The notes beneath the pieces are model-generated. The model was not told the DNA's origin. It was given only the letters and a program-made list of their open reading frames with translations, and searched no databases. From Eledone cirrhosa (taxonomy: Eukaryota), in assembly GCA_964016885.1 (NCBI GenBank), contig OZ024742.1, forward strand, positions 114,142,001 through 114,206,000: 64,000 nucleotides of DNA, written 5' to 3'. Made by a program: the position numbers and the translations under genes. Positions 13,411-27,775 of this stretch are shown one piece after another. Every line of letters begins with the position of its first letter. The stretch's first letter is position 1.

Positions 13411-13560
13411 GAAATAGGATTTCGCTTCAAGCATAGCTTTATACAATATGTATAAATATTTCGTATCTCCAAAGAAATACAGTTTTAGGAAGCCGTAGCT
13501 ATGCAAACACAAGCGGGCTAACGCCCTGTGGCGATATCTAGAAGAAGCAAGGTGGACAAT

Positions 13561-13600
13561 CGTCTATGCATTTCAGGCTTAACTGGCCTTCGTCAGGACG
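13561..13600 (-). ncRNA. Minimal hammerhead ribozyme (family B, intact core)
   Basis: Minus strand: CGTC CTGACGA AGGC-CAGTTAA-GCCT GAAA TGCA TA GACG, with palindromic stem III ATGCAT. Confidence 0.85.
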
Positions 13601-13920
13601 GTCCCTCCCACCGCTTGCGACTGCTGGACTAGAAGACAGCTGACAATATATACTTTTCTCGTCTGTGTAAATGAGGTGATTAATCTCATGTGCATATGAA
13701 GCTGCATAAGTTGGTTCAACTTATAATAAAAAAGAAATAAGATTTCTCTTCAAGCATAGCTTTATACAATATGTAAAAATCCTATTTCTTTTTTATTATA
13801 AGTAGAGCCAACTTATGCAGCTTCATATGCAAATGAGATTAATCTCCTCATTTACACAGACGAGAAAAGTATATATTCTCAGCTGTGTTCTATTCTAGCA
13901 GTCGCAAGCGGTGGGAGGGA

Positions 13921-13962
13921 CCGTCCTGACAAAGGCCAGTTAAGCCTGAAATGCATAGACGG
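13921..13962 (+). ncRNA. Hammerhead ribozyme (family B, G8 to A mutated core)
   Basis: CCGTC CTGACAA AGGC-CAGTTAA-GCCT GAAA TGCA TA GACGG. Confidence 0.7.
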
Positions 13963-14069
13963 TTGTCCCCCTTGCTTCTACTGGACATCACCAGAGGGCG
14001 TTAGCCCCCCTGTGTTTGCATAGCTACGGGTTCCTAAAACTGTATTTCTTTGGAGATACGAAATATTTA

Positions 14070-14145
<76 letters not shown>

Positions 14146-14349
14146 TATATACAGAGAAAGAGAGAGAATGAGAGAGAAAGACAGAGTTAGAACGAGATTC
14201 ATGTCAGCATTTTCTATTTATGGATATCAGACAACACTGTATTCCAACAAATATATATATATAGAGAGAGAGCGGCGGAGAGAAATATATCAATCGATTG
14301 ATCGATCAACAGATAAGCATACACACACACACATACACAAATATATATA

Positions 14350-14401
<52 letters not shown>

Positions 14402-15329
14402 AAAATACTACAACTATTATATCAATAACGCATTCAGCATGGAGCAAAACATCAATTTTTAGAAGAATAGAGTAAAGGATACGAACTGACTTTTTAATCA
14501 ATTTCTCTTCTTATAATCATTTACATCTAGTATTTGAACCTTGACACATGTCTCTTACAGCTGCTATTAAATGCATTCAGAATAGATTTGAGCTTTGGAA
14601 CAGAACCAGAAGCTATACTGGGAAATAATACTAAATAGTATCAAGAACAATTGATGTTGTTCTTCTCACTGATATTCAAAGGAAAATTAAGTAAAATTCA
14701 GCAAAATTAAAGATTCTAAGTGGCGCTATAGATGACAATGGGTGTATATAGATGTCTGTGTTTGAGACGGGGGGAGAGTGAATAGAGTAAAGGGGAAATG
14801 AGATAGAGGGAGATAAAGGATGAACATATATAGTTGGATTTGGACATGCGAATGTGTGTTATATTCATGTGTTACTGAGAGTGGTTATATTTTCATATCT
14901 TATGCATGCATACATATGTATATATATATTATATTTGAATGTATGTACATATGTATGTATATGTGCAAAAGTAGAGAATTATGGGGAAGATGTACCATTT
15001 TCTGAGTATATGTAACACTTAAACATGACTGTATGTCTGTATATTTTCTGAGTATGTGAGGCGATACGAAAGAAAGAAAAGTAAAGAGAGACATAGACAG
15101 ATTATTTATAACTGTGTATGTATGATGTTAGAACAATGTTCAGGCTATATTATGCATGCATCTGTTTGTCACTAATCACGAATATGTATTAAGTGAAACT
15201 CCAGAAAATATTGCTTATATGCCGGCTTATGTGAGAGAGATATGGTAGTTGGAGATAATAAAAGTAACTTGTTTGCAAGGGTATACTTTGGGAAATTAAA
15301 AAAAGACAACTTGCCAATCTAAGACATCC

Positions 15330-15379
<50 letters not shown>

Positions 15380-15396
15380 GGGGGGGGGGGGGGGGT

Positions 15397-18300
15397 AATG
15401 TGTTTTGGTGTAACGTTAAAGAGAGCAGGGCCAATTGAGGTGAAATAATTGTGCCGTATTGTTGTTATGAGTTGCGAGTGAGATTTTTGTCGTGGGCGAA
15501 ATGCACGGGGCCCAAGCCTTGTGTGTACATTAAAGGTGATGCCAACATCATTTGGCCAAAATCGATGGAATATTTTACACATCGTGCAGACAATGTAGCG
15601 CTCACGTCGAGGTTGAAGAGAATAAAAGTTGAGTATTTCTAATCGACTCCAATAGTCAAGGCCTCTCATGCCATCTATCTTTTTTGTAATCGATTTTGAG
15701 GTGCTTCAACTTTCATGATACTTTGTTTCGTGTGGGGAGACCACAGTGGACAACAGTATTCAAGGTGGGGTCGGGCAAAAGTAGAGAAGAGAAGGATAAG
15801 AGTGTGGATATCTTTTGACTGGAAAGTTCTGAGAATCCAGGAACACATTCTGCGGGCCATGTCTACATTGCTGTTTATATGAGTGGCCCAGCTTATGTAG
15901 TTGTCCATAATTACACCCAGGTCTCTGATGTTATTGGATGCCACTAGAGCTTCACTCGAAGGAAGAGAGTATGGTAGTTTGAGTGCAACCTTTTTTCCAA
16001 AGTGGATTAATTCAACTTATCCTCATTCAACGGCATATTATTCTTTTCTGCCCATTGGTTAACAGCCAGTACGTCTGTCGGAAGGCAAGTCCGGTCACCT
16101 ACCTCATTGATGACCCTTTGGAGCTTGGAATCATCTGCAAAGATTCTTATGTTGCTGTGCTTGATGATGTCAGTAATGTTAATAATGTAGATGATGAAAA
16201 GAAGTGGGCCCAACACAGTGCCTTGTGGGACGCCACTGCTGACTTTGGCTGGGCCTGATTTTACTCCTTCGACTACAACATGTTCTGTCTGCCAGGAAAG
16301 TTTTGATCCACTGTAGTAACTTTCCAAAGACAGCAATATTGGATAGTTTATCAGTAGAATCTTATGATCAACTATGTCAAAGGTCTTGCTGAAATCAAGA
16401 TATATGACATCAGTGTTGGAGCCCTCTCCCAAGGCTCTCAAAACATCGTCAAAGTGATGCAGGAGTTGCGTTAGGCAGTCCCTTCTATTACGGAACCCTT
16501 GTTAGTTGGAGTTCAACAGACCATTGCTTTCAAGAAAGTGGTTTATTCCTGATAAAACCACCCTCTCAAATACCTTGATAGTATGAGAGGTGAGTGAGAA
16601 CGGGCGGTAGTTCAATGCAAGGGACTTATTTCCCTTTTTGAAGGCCGGGACAACGGACTGGGACAGAAAGTTTACAGGAATATAGCCAGTATTCAGTCAG
16701 TTCCTCCACAGATTAGCAAGAGGAGATGCAAGTTGGTGTCAACACACCTTCAGGACACACACAGTGAACATGTCGGGGCCTACTGCTGAATTTTGTTTAA
16801 TTTCGTTTATTGCCGCTAAGATATCAGGGACGCCAAACGTTATGTCCCATATAGTGTGTCGGGGATTAAAATCATTGATACAGCCCAGATCGACCATATC
16901 AGGATTGCTGAAAACAGAGCAGTATTGTTTCGGCAGTATATCGCCCATGATTTTGGCATTATCTTGGAGTGTGCCATTTGCATCAACTAGAGGGCCAACA
17001 GTGGAGACAGTGGCCTTGTGTTTTTTAGCAAATGAAAAGAAAACTTTGGGGTTGAGTTTGATTTTCTCAATGGCCCACCTCTCTTCAGCTGATCTCTGGT
17101 TATTGATGATGGTCTTCATGCAGTGTTGGAGGTTTTTTTTTTTTTATTCAAGCAGGGCGATAGCCGTCGAATGGAGGTGTTGCTGTTGGCAGTATTTTAG
17201 TGTGTTAATTTTTTGGTTTGTTCTTTTTATTTTTCTGATAATTGTTTTTCTATTTTGGGGGATACTGCACTTAGTTTCTTCACAGGTTTTGGTGAGGTGT
17301 TTTTTGTACTTATATTTGTGACAGTGTCTACAAAGATCTGTCAAGATGTTTTGGTATTGCTGGAAATGTGTGCGTGTGTAAAAGGCCAATCAACATGACA
17401 TAGTTAGTTCATAATTGCATCCCAGTTGGCATTGTAGAGATCCATGTTATCAAATATGTCGGCTGGAAAGATGACCCTGGGATTAGCCTTCGGCTGGTGG
17501 AATCTCAGGTTAGACAGAATGGTTTTCTCCACTGTAATAGTATGTATAGTGTTAGTGTGGTTACTAAACACTGGATCCAGAATGTTCTTCTGATGCCTTG
17601 TTGGTGCAAGGACAAGTTGGGATAAGAACAATTCATTCATGAAGTCAAGAAGTGATGCAACTGCTTCTTTGTCAGTGGTTGAGGTTGTGGTGCCTGGTTT
17701 CAAACTGCTTGTAGACTAATCGACACAGGGTAGATTGAAGACTCCCATCAAAAGTATGTTGCTAGAATGGCCCTGTTTAATAAATCATTTAATACAGTTG
17801 AGGCAAACTTTGAAGCAGATTATGGGTGTTTGTGGTTGCCTATAGAGCCCAACTAATGTCAGGTCATTGGCTTTGTTGTGCACAGTGACTGAGTCACAGT
17901 AGCCATTGGAGAATGTTTTATTACCATCTGCTGTAAAGGAATCATGCAGGAAAATGGCAGTCCCACCCTTCCTTCTGCCAACACGATTCGCGCGGATGGA
18001 TGTGAAATTCCTCACTCTTACTTCGGCCTCCAAGTGGGTGTTCTCAAGGTGGGTCTCAGTAAGAATGAAGAAGGGGATGTGAAATGGATGGTTACCAACC
18101 CAATTCTCAATGAATTGGATCTTCCATTTCTGTGCATTGATGGATTGGCTGATACCTTGTGTATTGAGTGAAAATGTGGAGGCTAGTTTTGTGGCTGGTT
18201 TTAAGATTACGTGTTAGTGTCAGCAAGGATGGTGTTAGGTGATGGCTAAAATGTTTTTCTGTATCTCTTTTGCCAGGTTCATGGCTAAAAAAGAAACATT

Positions 18301-19000
18301 TTCTTGTTCAGAGAGGTGTTTTTGATTGGAATTGTGGTTACACCATTGGATAGGGTTGCCGTCCCTCTTTTGTTGTTGTTGTATGTGTTGTTATAATCGT
18401 GTCTTTGTGAACATACTGGAACAGCATTATTTTTGTTGTTGTTGTTTTTGTTGTTGTAATCGTGTCTTTGTGAGAAGACTGAAGCAGCATTACTGCAGCA
18501 GGGGGTGGCTTTATTGTGGTTTGTGTGTTGGCATGGAGACCCTTTTCTGTTAGTGCGGTGTGTCCCAGGAAGATGAGTGAAGGGACAGTCAGTCGTTAGA
18601 AATAGTCTCTCACGTTGGGAATGACTGCAGATGTTGGGACTCCGACATATGCGTATGGCCAGCGTGCTTTGGTGTTAGCTGGCAGTGTTAGAGCATCTAG
18701 TACAAGGTAGATGTATGAATATGTAGTCGCTCCGTGTGCATAGCCTCTGACATAGCGAGTACGGCATATTTTGGGGTTTCTAGTTTGTGTTGTGGAGGGT
18801 GCATATATGTCTATAGATTATTTGTTTAAGTTCTTTTGACTACAGCATGACTGTGGTAGTGATGTGGGGGAGGAAAGAGTGGTGGTGACGATGGTGATGA
18901 TGACAACTGTCGTGGAGGCTGTGAGAGGGATGGAAGAGAAAGCAGTGGTCCATTACTTGAAGTTGATGTGGCAGAAGATGGTGACGATGGTGGTGGTGAT
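15397..19000 (-). mobile_element. Decayed non-LTR retrotransposon (APE + RT, CR1/L2-group like)
   Basis: RT motifs VIYLDFSKTFDIVDH, SSGVPQGTVLGPLLFIIYI, FADDSKL and RPHLEYCCPLWSPH. APE motifs ILTETHL, RKGGTAIF and NILDPVF at about 17400-18180. Low-complexity ORF1-like region upstream. The 5' boundary is uncertain. Confidence 0.85.
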
Positions 19001-19468
19001 GGCGATATTGATGTCTGAGAAAGTGGTTAAGGGATACTGTCGGTCAGTAACTCAGCTGTTACGCTTGAAGTCAGTAGCGGTGTCGGTGGTGGTGGGACCT
19101 GATTTTCTGGCTGTTGTTGTTGTTGTGGCTGTTGTCGTTGTTGTTGCTGTTGTTGTCTTTGACCATTGGAGTATATATACACACACACGATCTCCCTTAC
19201 TTCCACGGACCCAGTCACACCCACTTGTAGATATATATCGCCACAAGCCTTATAACATCTGTTTAAGTCGGGCCATATATCCGGCCTAACAAATATGGCC
19301 TTCGCAAACATACACATATATACACACATACGCGCGCACACATACATACGCACAAACTTATATACATTTATATATATATACACACTCATACACACATATA
19401 TAGGCAAACACACATACATACACATACATGCATACACACACCCACATACACACACACACACACACACG

Positions 19469-19522
<54 letters not shown>

Positions 19523-19604
19523 CATACAAATATAAATACCCACACATGCCCACACATACATAAATATTACACATACGTACACAAAATTACATACACACAT
19601 GCAT

Positions 19605-19644
<40 letters not shown>

Positions 19645-19949
19645 ACAACCTAACATGCATACGCACACCCACCCATATACATACATATACATACACTCAT
19701 GCAGACATATATACATCTACATATGCATATGCACATGTGCTGCCACATGCACACACCTGCACATATGCCTATTTGTTTACACACACATGTGCTTCCACAT
19801 ATACATATATAAACAAAACCGTAAATTAAAAATGCATTATATAATAAAAAACACAATATATCGTAACATAACGGTAAAATGCCGTAACATAAAATATAAA
19901 ATATAAAGTATAAAATATCACCATATTATACAATATGATATATATATAT

Positions 19950-20051
<102 letters not shown>

Positions 20052-20532
20052 CATGTATATGCATACATATACACACATTTACATACATTCATACATACAT
20101 GTACGGATATATACAAAGGATATGACAAAAAGAATAATAGTAATAAAATGCATATATACTCCATATATAATCATGAGAGATGCACATAAACACATACATG
20201 TATGCACAAATACGCATACACACATACAGATGCCCACATATGCATACACATTCACCCACACATGAATATATATATTTATACATATACATATATATACACA
20301 CTTACACACCCCCACACACACACACCTACCAAACGTAGCTATATGTACATACGCACACATATATAGATATACATACATATATATATTCATATATACACAC
20401 ATATATATATACATACATACACACACACTCAGGCACATATGTACATACATGCACATGTCTGCACATACACGCGCTCATAAGCTCATGCATACACGCACCC
20501 ATGCCCGTATACACACCCCCGTACACATCCAC

Positions 20533-20582
<50 letters not shown>

Positions 20583-20584
20583 GT

Positions 20585-21605
20585 TATTCCGAGCTGAATC
20601 GGAGTTAACCACAGTAAGTAAGGTACTCAATATCTACACACACACATACATATACCTACGCACAAGTCCACACATAAAAACACGCGAATATAAACACAAT
20701 AGGATAATAAAATAAAATAAAATAAAATAAAATAAAATAAAATAAAATAAAATAAAATAAAATAAAATAATATTAAATAAAATAAAATAAATAAATAAAT
20801 TTACAATATTTTAGGATACACTAATATCTGTATGTAACTTCATAAATAGGTACATGAAAAAAGGCGTAAAATAAAAAAAAACGGGGGCGGAGGTACAGGA
20901 GAAGGTGCGTGTATCCATGTGATATACTACACACAGGTAGTATGAGGTGCAAACTTGTGTCCGTGTATAGAACAGGTAACAGTAACAGAACAATAATAGA
21001 ACAATAATGACAGTAATAATCATTGTTCCAAGGTGGCAACAGGTGGAGAGTATATAGTCACGATTGACGGGGTACACATTCAAGGGGACGCCCGGCCCGG
21101 TCTCCATGGGGCATGGCACCGTGGCTGGGGTGTGCTGTTCAATATGTTTGGGGCATCGGACCGGGCGTAACTGGGCCCCGTGTTAGCCGGTCCCGACCCA
21201 TGCGATGTATCTTCCAAAGTTGTGTGCTTGGTCAGGTGCGCCCCTGGTTTATATATGTTTGCCTCACGGGTCGCACAGCTTCATCGTGGCATGGCGTCAG
21301 GTCCCTTAATCCGGTTGGGCCAATCGGGTAGGTGGGTCTCTGTTCCTATGCACCTGGCTTTTGCCACCCGGAGGATTCCATGCTGCAAATGTGCATCTTC
21401 ACTGGTGTCTGCAGGTCGTGATAATTTTAGAATTCAGGTTGACGGCGTCATCCTTCAGTCTGACTATATATATAGCCTCGTGTAGGCACAATCGGCACTT
21501 TCTACTCCCGGCTGAATATGCCCTCGCGTTCGGAACGATACTCCATTCCAGGGCGTACGAGGTGCCTTGGTCTTACAGGTCCCACACCAGGTCCGCTAAC
21601 CTATA
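20585..21605 (-). pseudogene. Penelope-like 3' fragment (C-terminus of GIY-YIG domain plus 3' UTR)
   Basis: Manual translation of 21605 to 21360 gives LADLVWDL*DQGTSYALEWSIVPNARAYSAGSRKCRLCLHE, similar to LASRIWDLKDQGIQYKLDWSIL...RRCTLCICE in ORF 25184-25471. Confidence 0.7.
20707..20800. repeat. (AAAAT)n microsatellite
   Basis: Direct reading. Confidence 0.9.
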
Positions 21606-22701
21606 TATATTTGACAGGTGCCATTTTTTGGTTGAACTTCTAACATTTCGTCCAATTCATGCGTAATGTATTCAATCAAAGAAAATTACTGCAACTGGCT
21701 GAGGATTCCTGAGGCACATGAAAAGTTTTCTGGATAATACTGCATGACACAATTTTGGCTCTTTCAATTTGACGTGTAATTTATTGTGTCAGCTAAGCGG
21801 TTCGTAGCAAGTTGAGTAAAATAGTGAAAGAAATGAGATTACTCAATGTGTGGGTGTCTTAGCTATAACAAAATTCATGTAATCAGTAGGTATGTGAATG
21901 TTGTTTGTGTGTTGTGGGTATAACTAAATGTATATGTTCATATTGAAAATAATTTCAGGGTAGTTAGTGTTAATGTGTTCTTCTAATTGAAATAATGTTA
22001 GATTGGTTGTGTATTCAATTTCATGTAATGTTTATTCCAGCAGGAAGGAAGATGCGATATCGTGCGTGGGCATCTTCTCAAGATTGAGTTTTTAAATTAA
22101 GAAAACCATTTTATTTCGGATTTTGTAGGAGTCTATATTTCTCAGTTATGCATAAATTACATGTCCTTGTGCCTTTCTCATATTATTTTGATTCGTCTAA
22201 TATAGACCAATCAATTATATATGGAATACTACGATCTTTCGTCTCCCAAACTCTATTTGCCAGCGCCATAATTTTATTTTTTTTCCGGGTGTCTGAAGGA
22301 ATTGACATATGCGTAATATATTTGTTTGAATTCATCTTGGCCACATATGGGTCCCCGTTAAATTGTTATTTGGGACTTAAAGGTGCCAATTTAGACGCAT
22401 GTTACATTTGCCATGTACCGGTCATTCTTCTGCATTCCTAAAAGAACATCCAAGATTATCCCTATGTATATTCCCGATTATATATATATACATATATATA
22501 TAAGTTGAAAAAAAATGAAAACGAAATTTCATTTCTCACTCTTAGTATGTCAGTGTTGAACAAAAAGGTGACGTGGTTGCCTTAACACCGTATGGCATAA
22601 ATTCAGGCTGTTCGATTTGTTGACAAACAAGCGAACAAAGCTGCGTTATAATAAACGTCGCCTAAACTGATGCGTGCATATATGTATGTGTACCTGTATG
22701 C

Positions 22702-22794
<93 letters not shown>

Positions 22795-23031
22795 CATGCT
22801 ACTGTACGTCTGTATACATATATGTATGTACGTATACATACATACTTACATTTAAGTAAGTGCCATACTAAGAGTGATAAATGAAATTTCGTTTTCATTT
22901 TTTTTCAACTTGTCGTTTTCGGTATGCCTGACCGATTTAACTCACTCAATATGCAAATTAGGCTGCTCAGCCGTTAATTTTCATAAGGAAAGTATATACT
23001 TTCGAACGTTCAACTATCTGGCAGATGGGTA

Positions 23032-23076
23032 AACGGTGCTGATGATAGCTAACAAGCTTGAAACTAGTACATCGTT
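23032..23076 (+). ncRNA. Hammerhead ribozyme (array 2)
   Basis: AACGGTG CTGATGA TAGCTAACAAGCTT GAAA CTAG TA CATCGTT. Confidence 0.85.
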
Positions 23077-23234
23077 CCTGTGTCAGTGTTGAACAAAAAG
23101 GTGACGTGGTTGCCTTAACACCGTATGGCATAAATTCAGGCTGTTCGATTTGTTGACAAACAAGCGAACAAAGCTGCGTTATAATAAACGTCGCCTAAAC
23201 TGATGCGTGCATATATGTATGTGTACCTGTATGC

Positions 23235-23281
<47 letters not shown>

Positions 23282-23518
23282 CATGCTACTGTACGTCTGT
23301 ATACATATATGTATGTACGTATACATACATACTTACATTTAAGTAAGTGCCATACTAAGAGTGAGAAATGAAATTTCGTTTTCATTTTTTTTCAACTTGT
23401 CGTTTTCGGTATGCCTGACCGATTTAACTCACTCAATATGCAAATTAGGCTGCTCAGCCGTTAATTTTCATAAGGAAAGTATATACTTTCGAACGTTCAA
23501 CTATCTGGCAGATGGGTA

Positions 23519-23563
23519 AACGGTGCTGATGATAGATAACAAGCTTGAAACTAGTACATCGTT
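23519..23563 (+). ncRNA. Hammerhead ribozyme (array 2)
   Basis: Same motif with one stem II substitution. Confidence 0.8.
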
Positions 23564-23722
23564 CCTGTGTCAGTGTTGAACAAAAAAGGTGACGTGGTTG
23601 CCTTAACACCGTATGGCATAAATTCAGGCTGTTCGATTTGTTGACAAACAAGCGAACAAAGCTGCGTTATAATAAACGTCGCCTAAACTGATGCGTGCAT
23701 ATATGTATGTGTACCTGTATGC

Positions 23723-23769
<47 letters not shown>

Positions 23770-23824
23770 CATGCTACTGTACGTCTGTATACATATATGT
23801 ATGTACGTATACATACATACTTAC

Positions 23825-23885
<61 letters not shown>

Positions 23886-24004
23886 TATAAATATATATAT
23901 ATGTGTGTGTGTGTATCTTTATTAAAATGAAGTTGACGGCTAATAACAAAATAAATATGAAAAGAAGCAACTAATTTGACCTGCGTTATTGATACCGTCT
24001 TTTG

Positions 24005-24064
<60 letters not shown>

Positions 24065-24092
24065 TAATATATATATATATATATATGTATAT

Positions 24093-24282
<190 letters not shown>

Positions 24283-24301
24283 GTGTATATATATATATAT
24301 A

Positions 24302-24361
<60 letters not shown>

Positions 24362-24363
<2 letters not shown>

Positions 24364-25560
24364 AGAAAGATTTGATGTCTCAATGGGCTTTTTTGACAGT
24401 GCTGATGTTTGTGATTTAGTCGGCCTATTCCTCCTAAACACACTTAAAGAAAAATTCCCTAACCATATTTTGGGCTTTATCGCGACGATGGTCTAATGCT
24501 TTCCCATACCACCATAGGCCACAAATTAGATAGATTAAGGAAAGACTTAATAAAAACCTTTGCTAGTTTTAATCTTAAAATTACTATTGACACTAACCTT
24601 TGCAATGTTAATTTCCTAGATATAAACCTAGATTTGCCTACTGTTTCCTATAAACCATACCATAAACCTAATGAAAATTTAAAATATATAAATAAAGGCT
24701 CTTACCATCCTCCTATAGTTTTTAAAAACCTTATCCCTAATATTAACCGTAGGACCTCCACCCTCTCTTCCTCAGAAGCTATTTTCAATAAGGCATCCCC
24801 TTACTATAATAAAGCCCTTCAAAATACCGGACTTAGCGAACCGATTAAGTACATACCCAACAATACTAACTATTTTAAACATAATAATAGGAAAAGAAAC
24901 ATAATCTGGTTCACCCCCCCCCCCCTACTCTCTAGCAGTTAAAACTAATGTAGGCAAAACGTTCCTAGAGCTCTTAGATAAATATTTCACTAGAACACAT
25001 AGATACTATAAGATTTTCAGTAGAAACTGTGTCATAAGTAGCTACTCCTGCGGCCCCCCTATTAAATCTTATATCATCAATAGGAAATCACCCAGAGAAC
25101 ATCAAAATTGCTCCTGTAGAGTCAAATGTGAATGCCCATTACAAGTTAAATGCGACACCAAAGCCATTGTATATGCGGCTAAAGTGACAACCATCAGCAA
25201 CAACCAACCAGCCATCAGTGAACGATATGTGGGTATGACAGAAGACAAATTCAAAACGCGTTATTACTCGCATGTCGCATCTTTCCGACATCCAGAAAAA
25301 AGATTCACAACAGCTCTCGCTAGCAGAATATGGGATTTGAAAGACCAGGGTATCCAATATAAATTGGATTGGTCAATTTTGAACCAATCTAAAGTATATG
25401 CAAGAGGAACAAGAAGATGCACACTCTGCATATGTGAAAATATTGGATTTTACAAAACCTTAAATCACTAATAACCTGCCTAATTACAAAAACAGAAATT
25501 GTTACCAGTTGCCCACACATGTAATCACACTTGCTTTCCAGCTCATATAAACTTAACTCA
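24362..25560 (+). pseudogene. Penelope-like RT/GIY-YIG 3' fragment (YRDD type); UTR runs to about 26990
   Basis: [29 protein letters not shown] (across a frameshift), VNFLDINLDL, RYVGMTEDKFKTRY and CTLC. Confidence 0.85.
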
Positions 25561-26822
25561 CTTTCAGATACCTATCCTCCATAAACTCTTATTCTTCACT
25601 TTCCTTAAATTATTCTCTTTACAGACTTCTCTTTCTGATATACTTTCATTTTATTTTTATGTTTACTTCACATCCACCAGTAAACCACTCCCACACACTC
25701 TTCGATTCACTTACCTAATAACTTCACATTCCACATGTTACTTCCCCATTTTCTTTCACTACATGATTTTAAATGTCACTTGCGTTTTATACTCCAGATA
25801 TATTCTGTTGTTTCGCAGCCGATTTTATATTTGTACTCATTTATTCATAAGGCTGCTTTATACTCTGTATCTATATGTCTGAGTGTGTTTATGTGTGTAT
25901 AGGTTATGTATATGTATACGAGCGCCTCCGTATGTGTGCGTGCGTACGTGTATATATATATGTGTGTGTGTGTATGTGTGTTTTTATATCTATGTGTTTA
26001 CATCTATGTTTTTTATATTCTTATTTTACGTGCGTGCGTAAGCGGGTGAATGTACGTGAATGTGTATGTGTATGTGTATATATGTATACGTATGTATCGG
26101 TGTGTATGTGAATATGTGTATATATATATATATAGTCGCGTACGTACCTGCGATTAGATATACATGGGGCGAGATGTATATATATATACGTGCCTCGTGT
26201 GTATGTATGTACGCATACATGCGCTTTTGTCTGTACGTATTTGTGTGTATAAATATTTCTTTTGTAGATATATGTTTTTTTATAGATATATGTGTATGTA
26301 CGTGCGTCCCTATGTTTGTTTTCTTTTCTCTAGTGTTAATTGATTACTTACTCTTTCATTTAAAATTGTTTTCATTCTTATATACTGTTTCGTTTGTATA
26401 CATGTATCGCTAATGACACTTCTTTTCACTATTACACTCCCTTCCCTCTTTATCTTCCGCATATAAGTGACCGCGCGTGTGTGTGTGTTTATACGCGTGC
26501 TTTCATACTCGTATGTGTATTTAATACCTGTATCTGGATGCATGTCATCTATATTATCATCTTCTTTTTCAACTCATATTATATGCGTATTTGTGGTCAC
26601 ATATACTCAAATATACTTGCCCTCATATATGTACTTACGCACACATTTTCACCATAGACATGAATTTGTACATACACACATATGTACATTTGGGAGTGTA
26701 TATACATACATATACACATACCTAGCTATATTTCCTTATATTTTATATATATTTTTCTAGATTTTTAAATATATTTTTTGCATTTCTTGAGGAGACTTTC
26801 CAAATATTTCATTATGTTCTAT

Positions 26823-26892
26823 ATTACCCTGTCCGACGAACGAATGTGGACGTTTTTTTCGTATTCGTCTTATTCGGGAAATCTCTGGTAAT
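26823..26892 (+). ncRNA. Possible degenerate hammerhead in PLE 3' end
   Basis: CCGACGA, stem II CGAAT..GACG/CGTC..ATTCG, GAAA, and flanks ATTACC/GGTAAT. Stem I is offset and stem III is poor. Confidence 0.35.
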
Positions 26893-27004
26893 GACGTAAT
26901 TATATTGCATTGTTTATTATACATTAAATTTTGCTCTGGTACTTACATCATTCCTATGACTTTTTCAATTTTCAACGGAAATTTCAATACTTATATATAT
27001 ATAT

Positions 27005-27716
27005 AGAATAAGGAAAAGCGAAGTAGTTTCAGATGTTCAAGTCCTTTAATAATAATGCTGTGATATATATTTCAATGGCGACACTGGCCACACTGTTGTG
27101 TGCGAGTGTCGTGACATCATCAGACATCTTGTTACATAATAAGGTTATGTTTCCGAGGCAATCCAAATTGAATCGACATGGGAACGGATGAAGTGCGTGC
27201 TTTTGGGTTTTTTATCCGTTCCCCAGTGAGTACCAATTCACCCCCACCGGTCTGCGCAGGCTCATCTCCGAAGGAAGTACACCATTAGCCACCGCAGATT
27301 TCAACTAAATTCGCTTAGTCAGTTCACCCTCTCAGCCAAACAATGGCCCACACATGCCTGTACCATAGTTTACTGCTACCCATCCCGACTGTGGAAGTCA
27401 GCCGAAAGCCAGAGGGGATGGGAGAGTGTTAGTTTTTACTACCTCTCACCAAACGTTGACAATACGACTGACCATCAACTCATAAGGGAAAATAAACTTA
27501 ATTCTAGGTATCATGGTTATTCATTGGAGGTTAAGAGTGAGAGTTGGAAATAAACAGTGTGGCCAGTGTCGTCATTGAAATATATATCACAGCATTATTA
27601 TTAAAGTACTTGAACATCTGAAACTACTTCGCTTTTCCTTATTCGATATTTACTCCGTCACTCCTATGTGGAAAAAGTACGTTGAGTGCTTGAATGGAAT
27701 TGCATCAATGTTTACC

Positions 27717-27721
<5 letters not shown>
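27005..27721. mobile_element. Second copy of family A (minus arm 27005-27550, plus arm 27553-27721)
   Basis: Homologous to 3515-4150, with the same two outer end points as the first copy. Confidence 0.8.
27057..27128 (-). ncRNA. Hammerhead ribozyme (family A)
   Basis: Minus strand: GATGT CTGATGA ... GAAA TATATA TC ACAGC. Confidence 0.7.

Positions 27722-27770
<49 letters not shown>

Positions 27771-27775
<5 letters not shown>

Larger units (their letters stand above)
13407..14070. mobile_element. Retrozyme-like family B: ~323 bp monomer with terminal direct repeat (13407-13775) plus an inverted copy (13779-14070)
   Basis: AAAGAAATAGGATTTCGCTTCAAGCATAGCTTTATACAATATGTA recurs near 13730. About 290 bp inverted arms, an HHR in each arm, and (TA)n on both flanks. 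Confidence 0.75.
22502..23826 (+). mobile_element. Second tandem array of the same retrozyme-like monomer (about 2.6 units, opposite orientation, with a short inverted piece at 22502-22548)
   Basis: Reverse complement of the 7192-9175 units; HHRs 487 bp apart. Confidence 0.85.

Noticed and set aside
20585-20612. Possible HHR at the end of the 20585-21605 PLE fragment
   Set aside because: A small hairpin, but no acceptable core.
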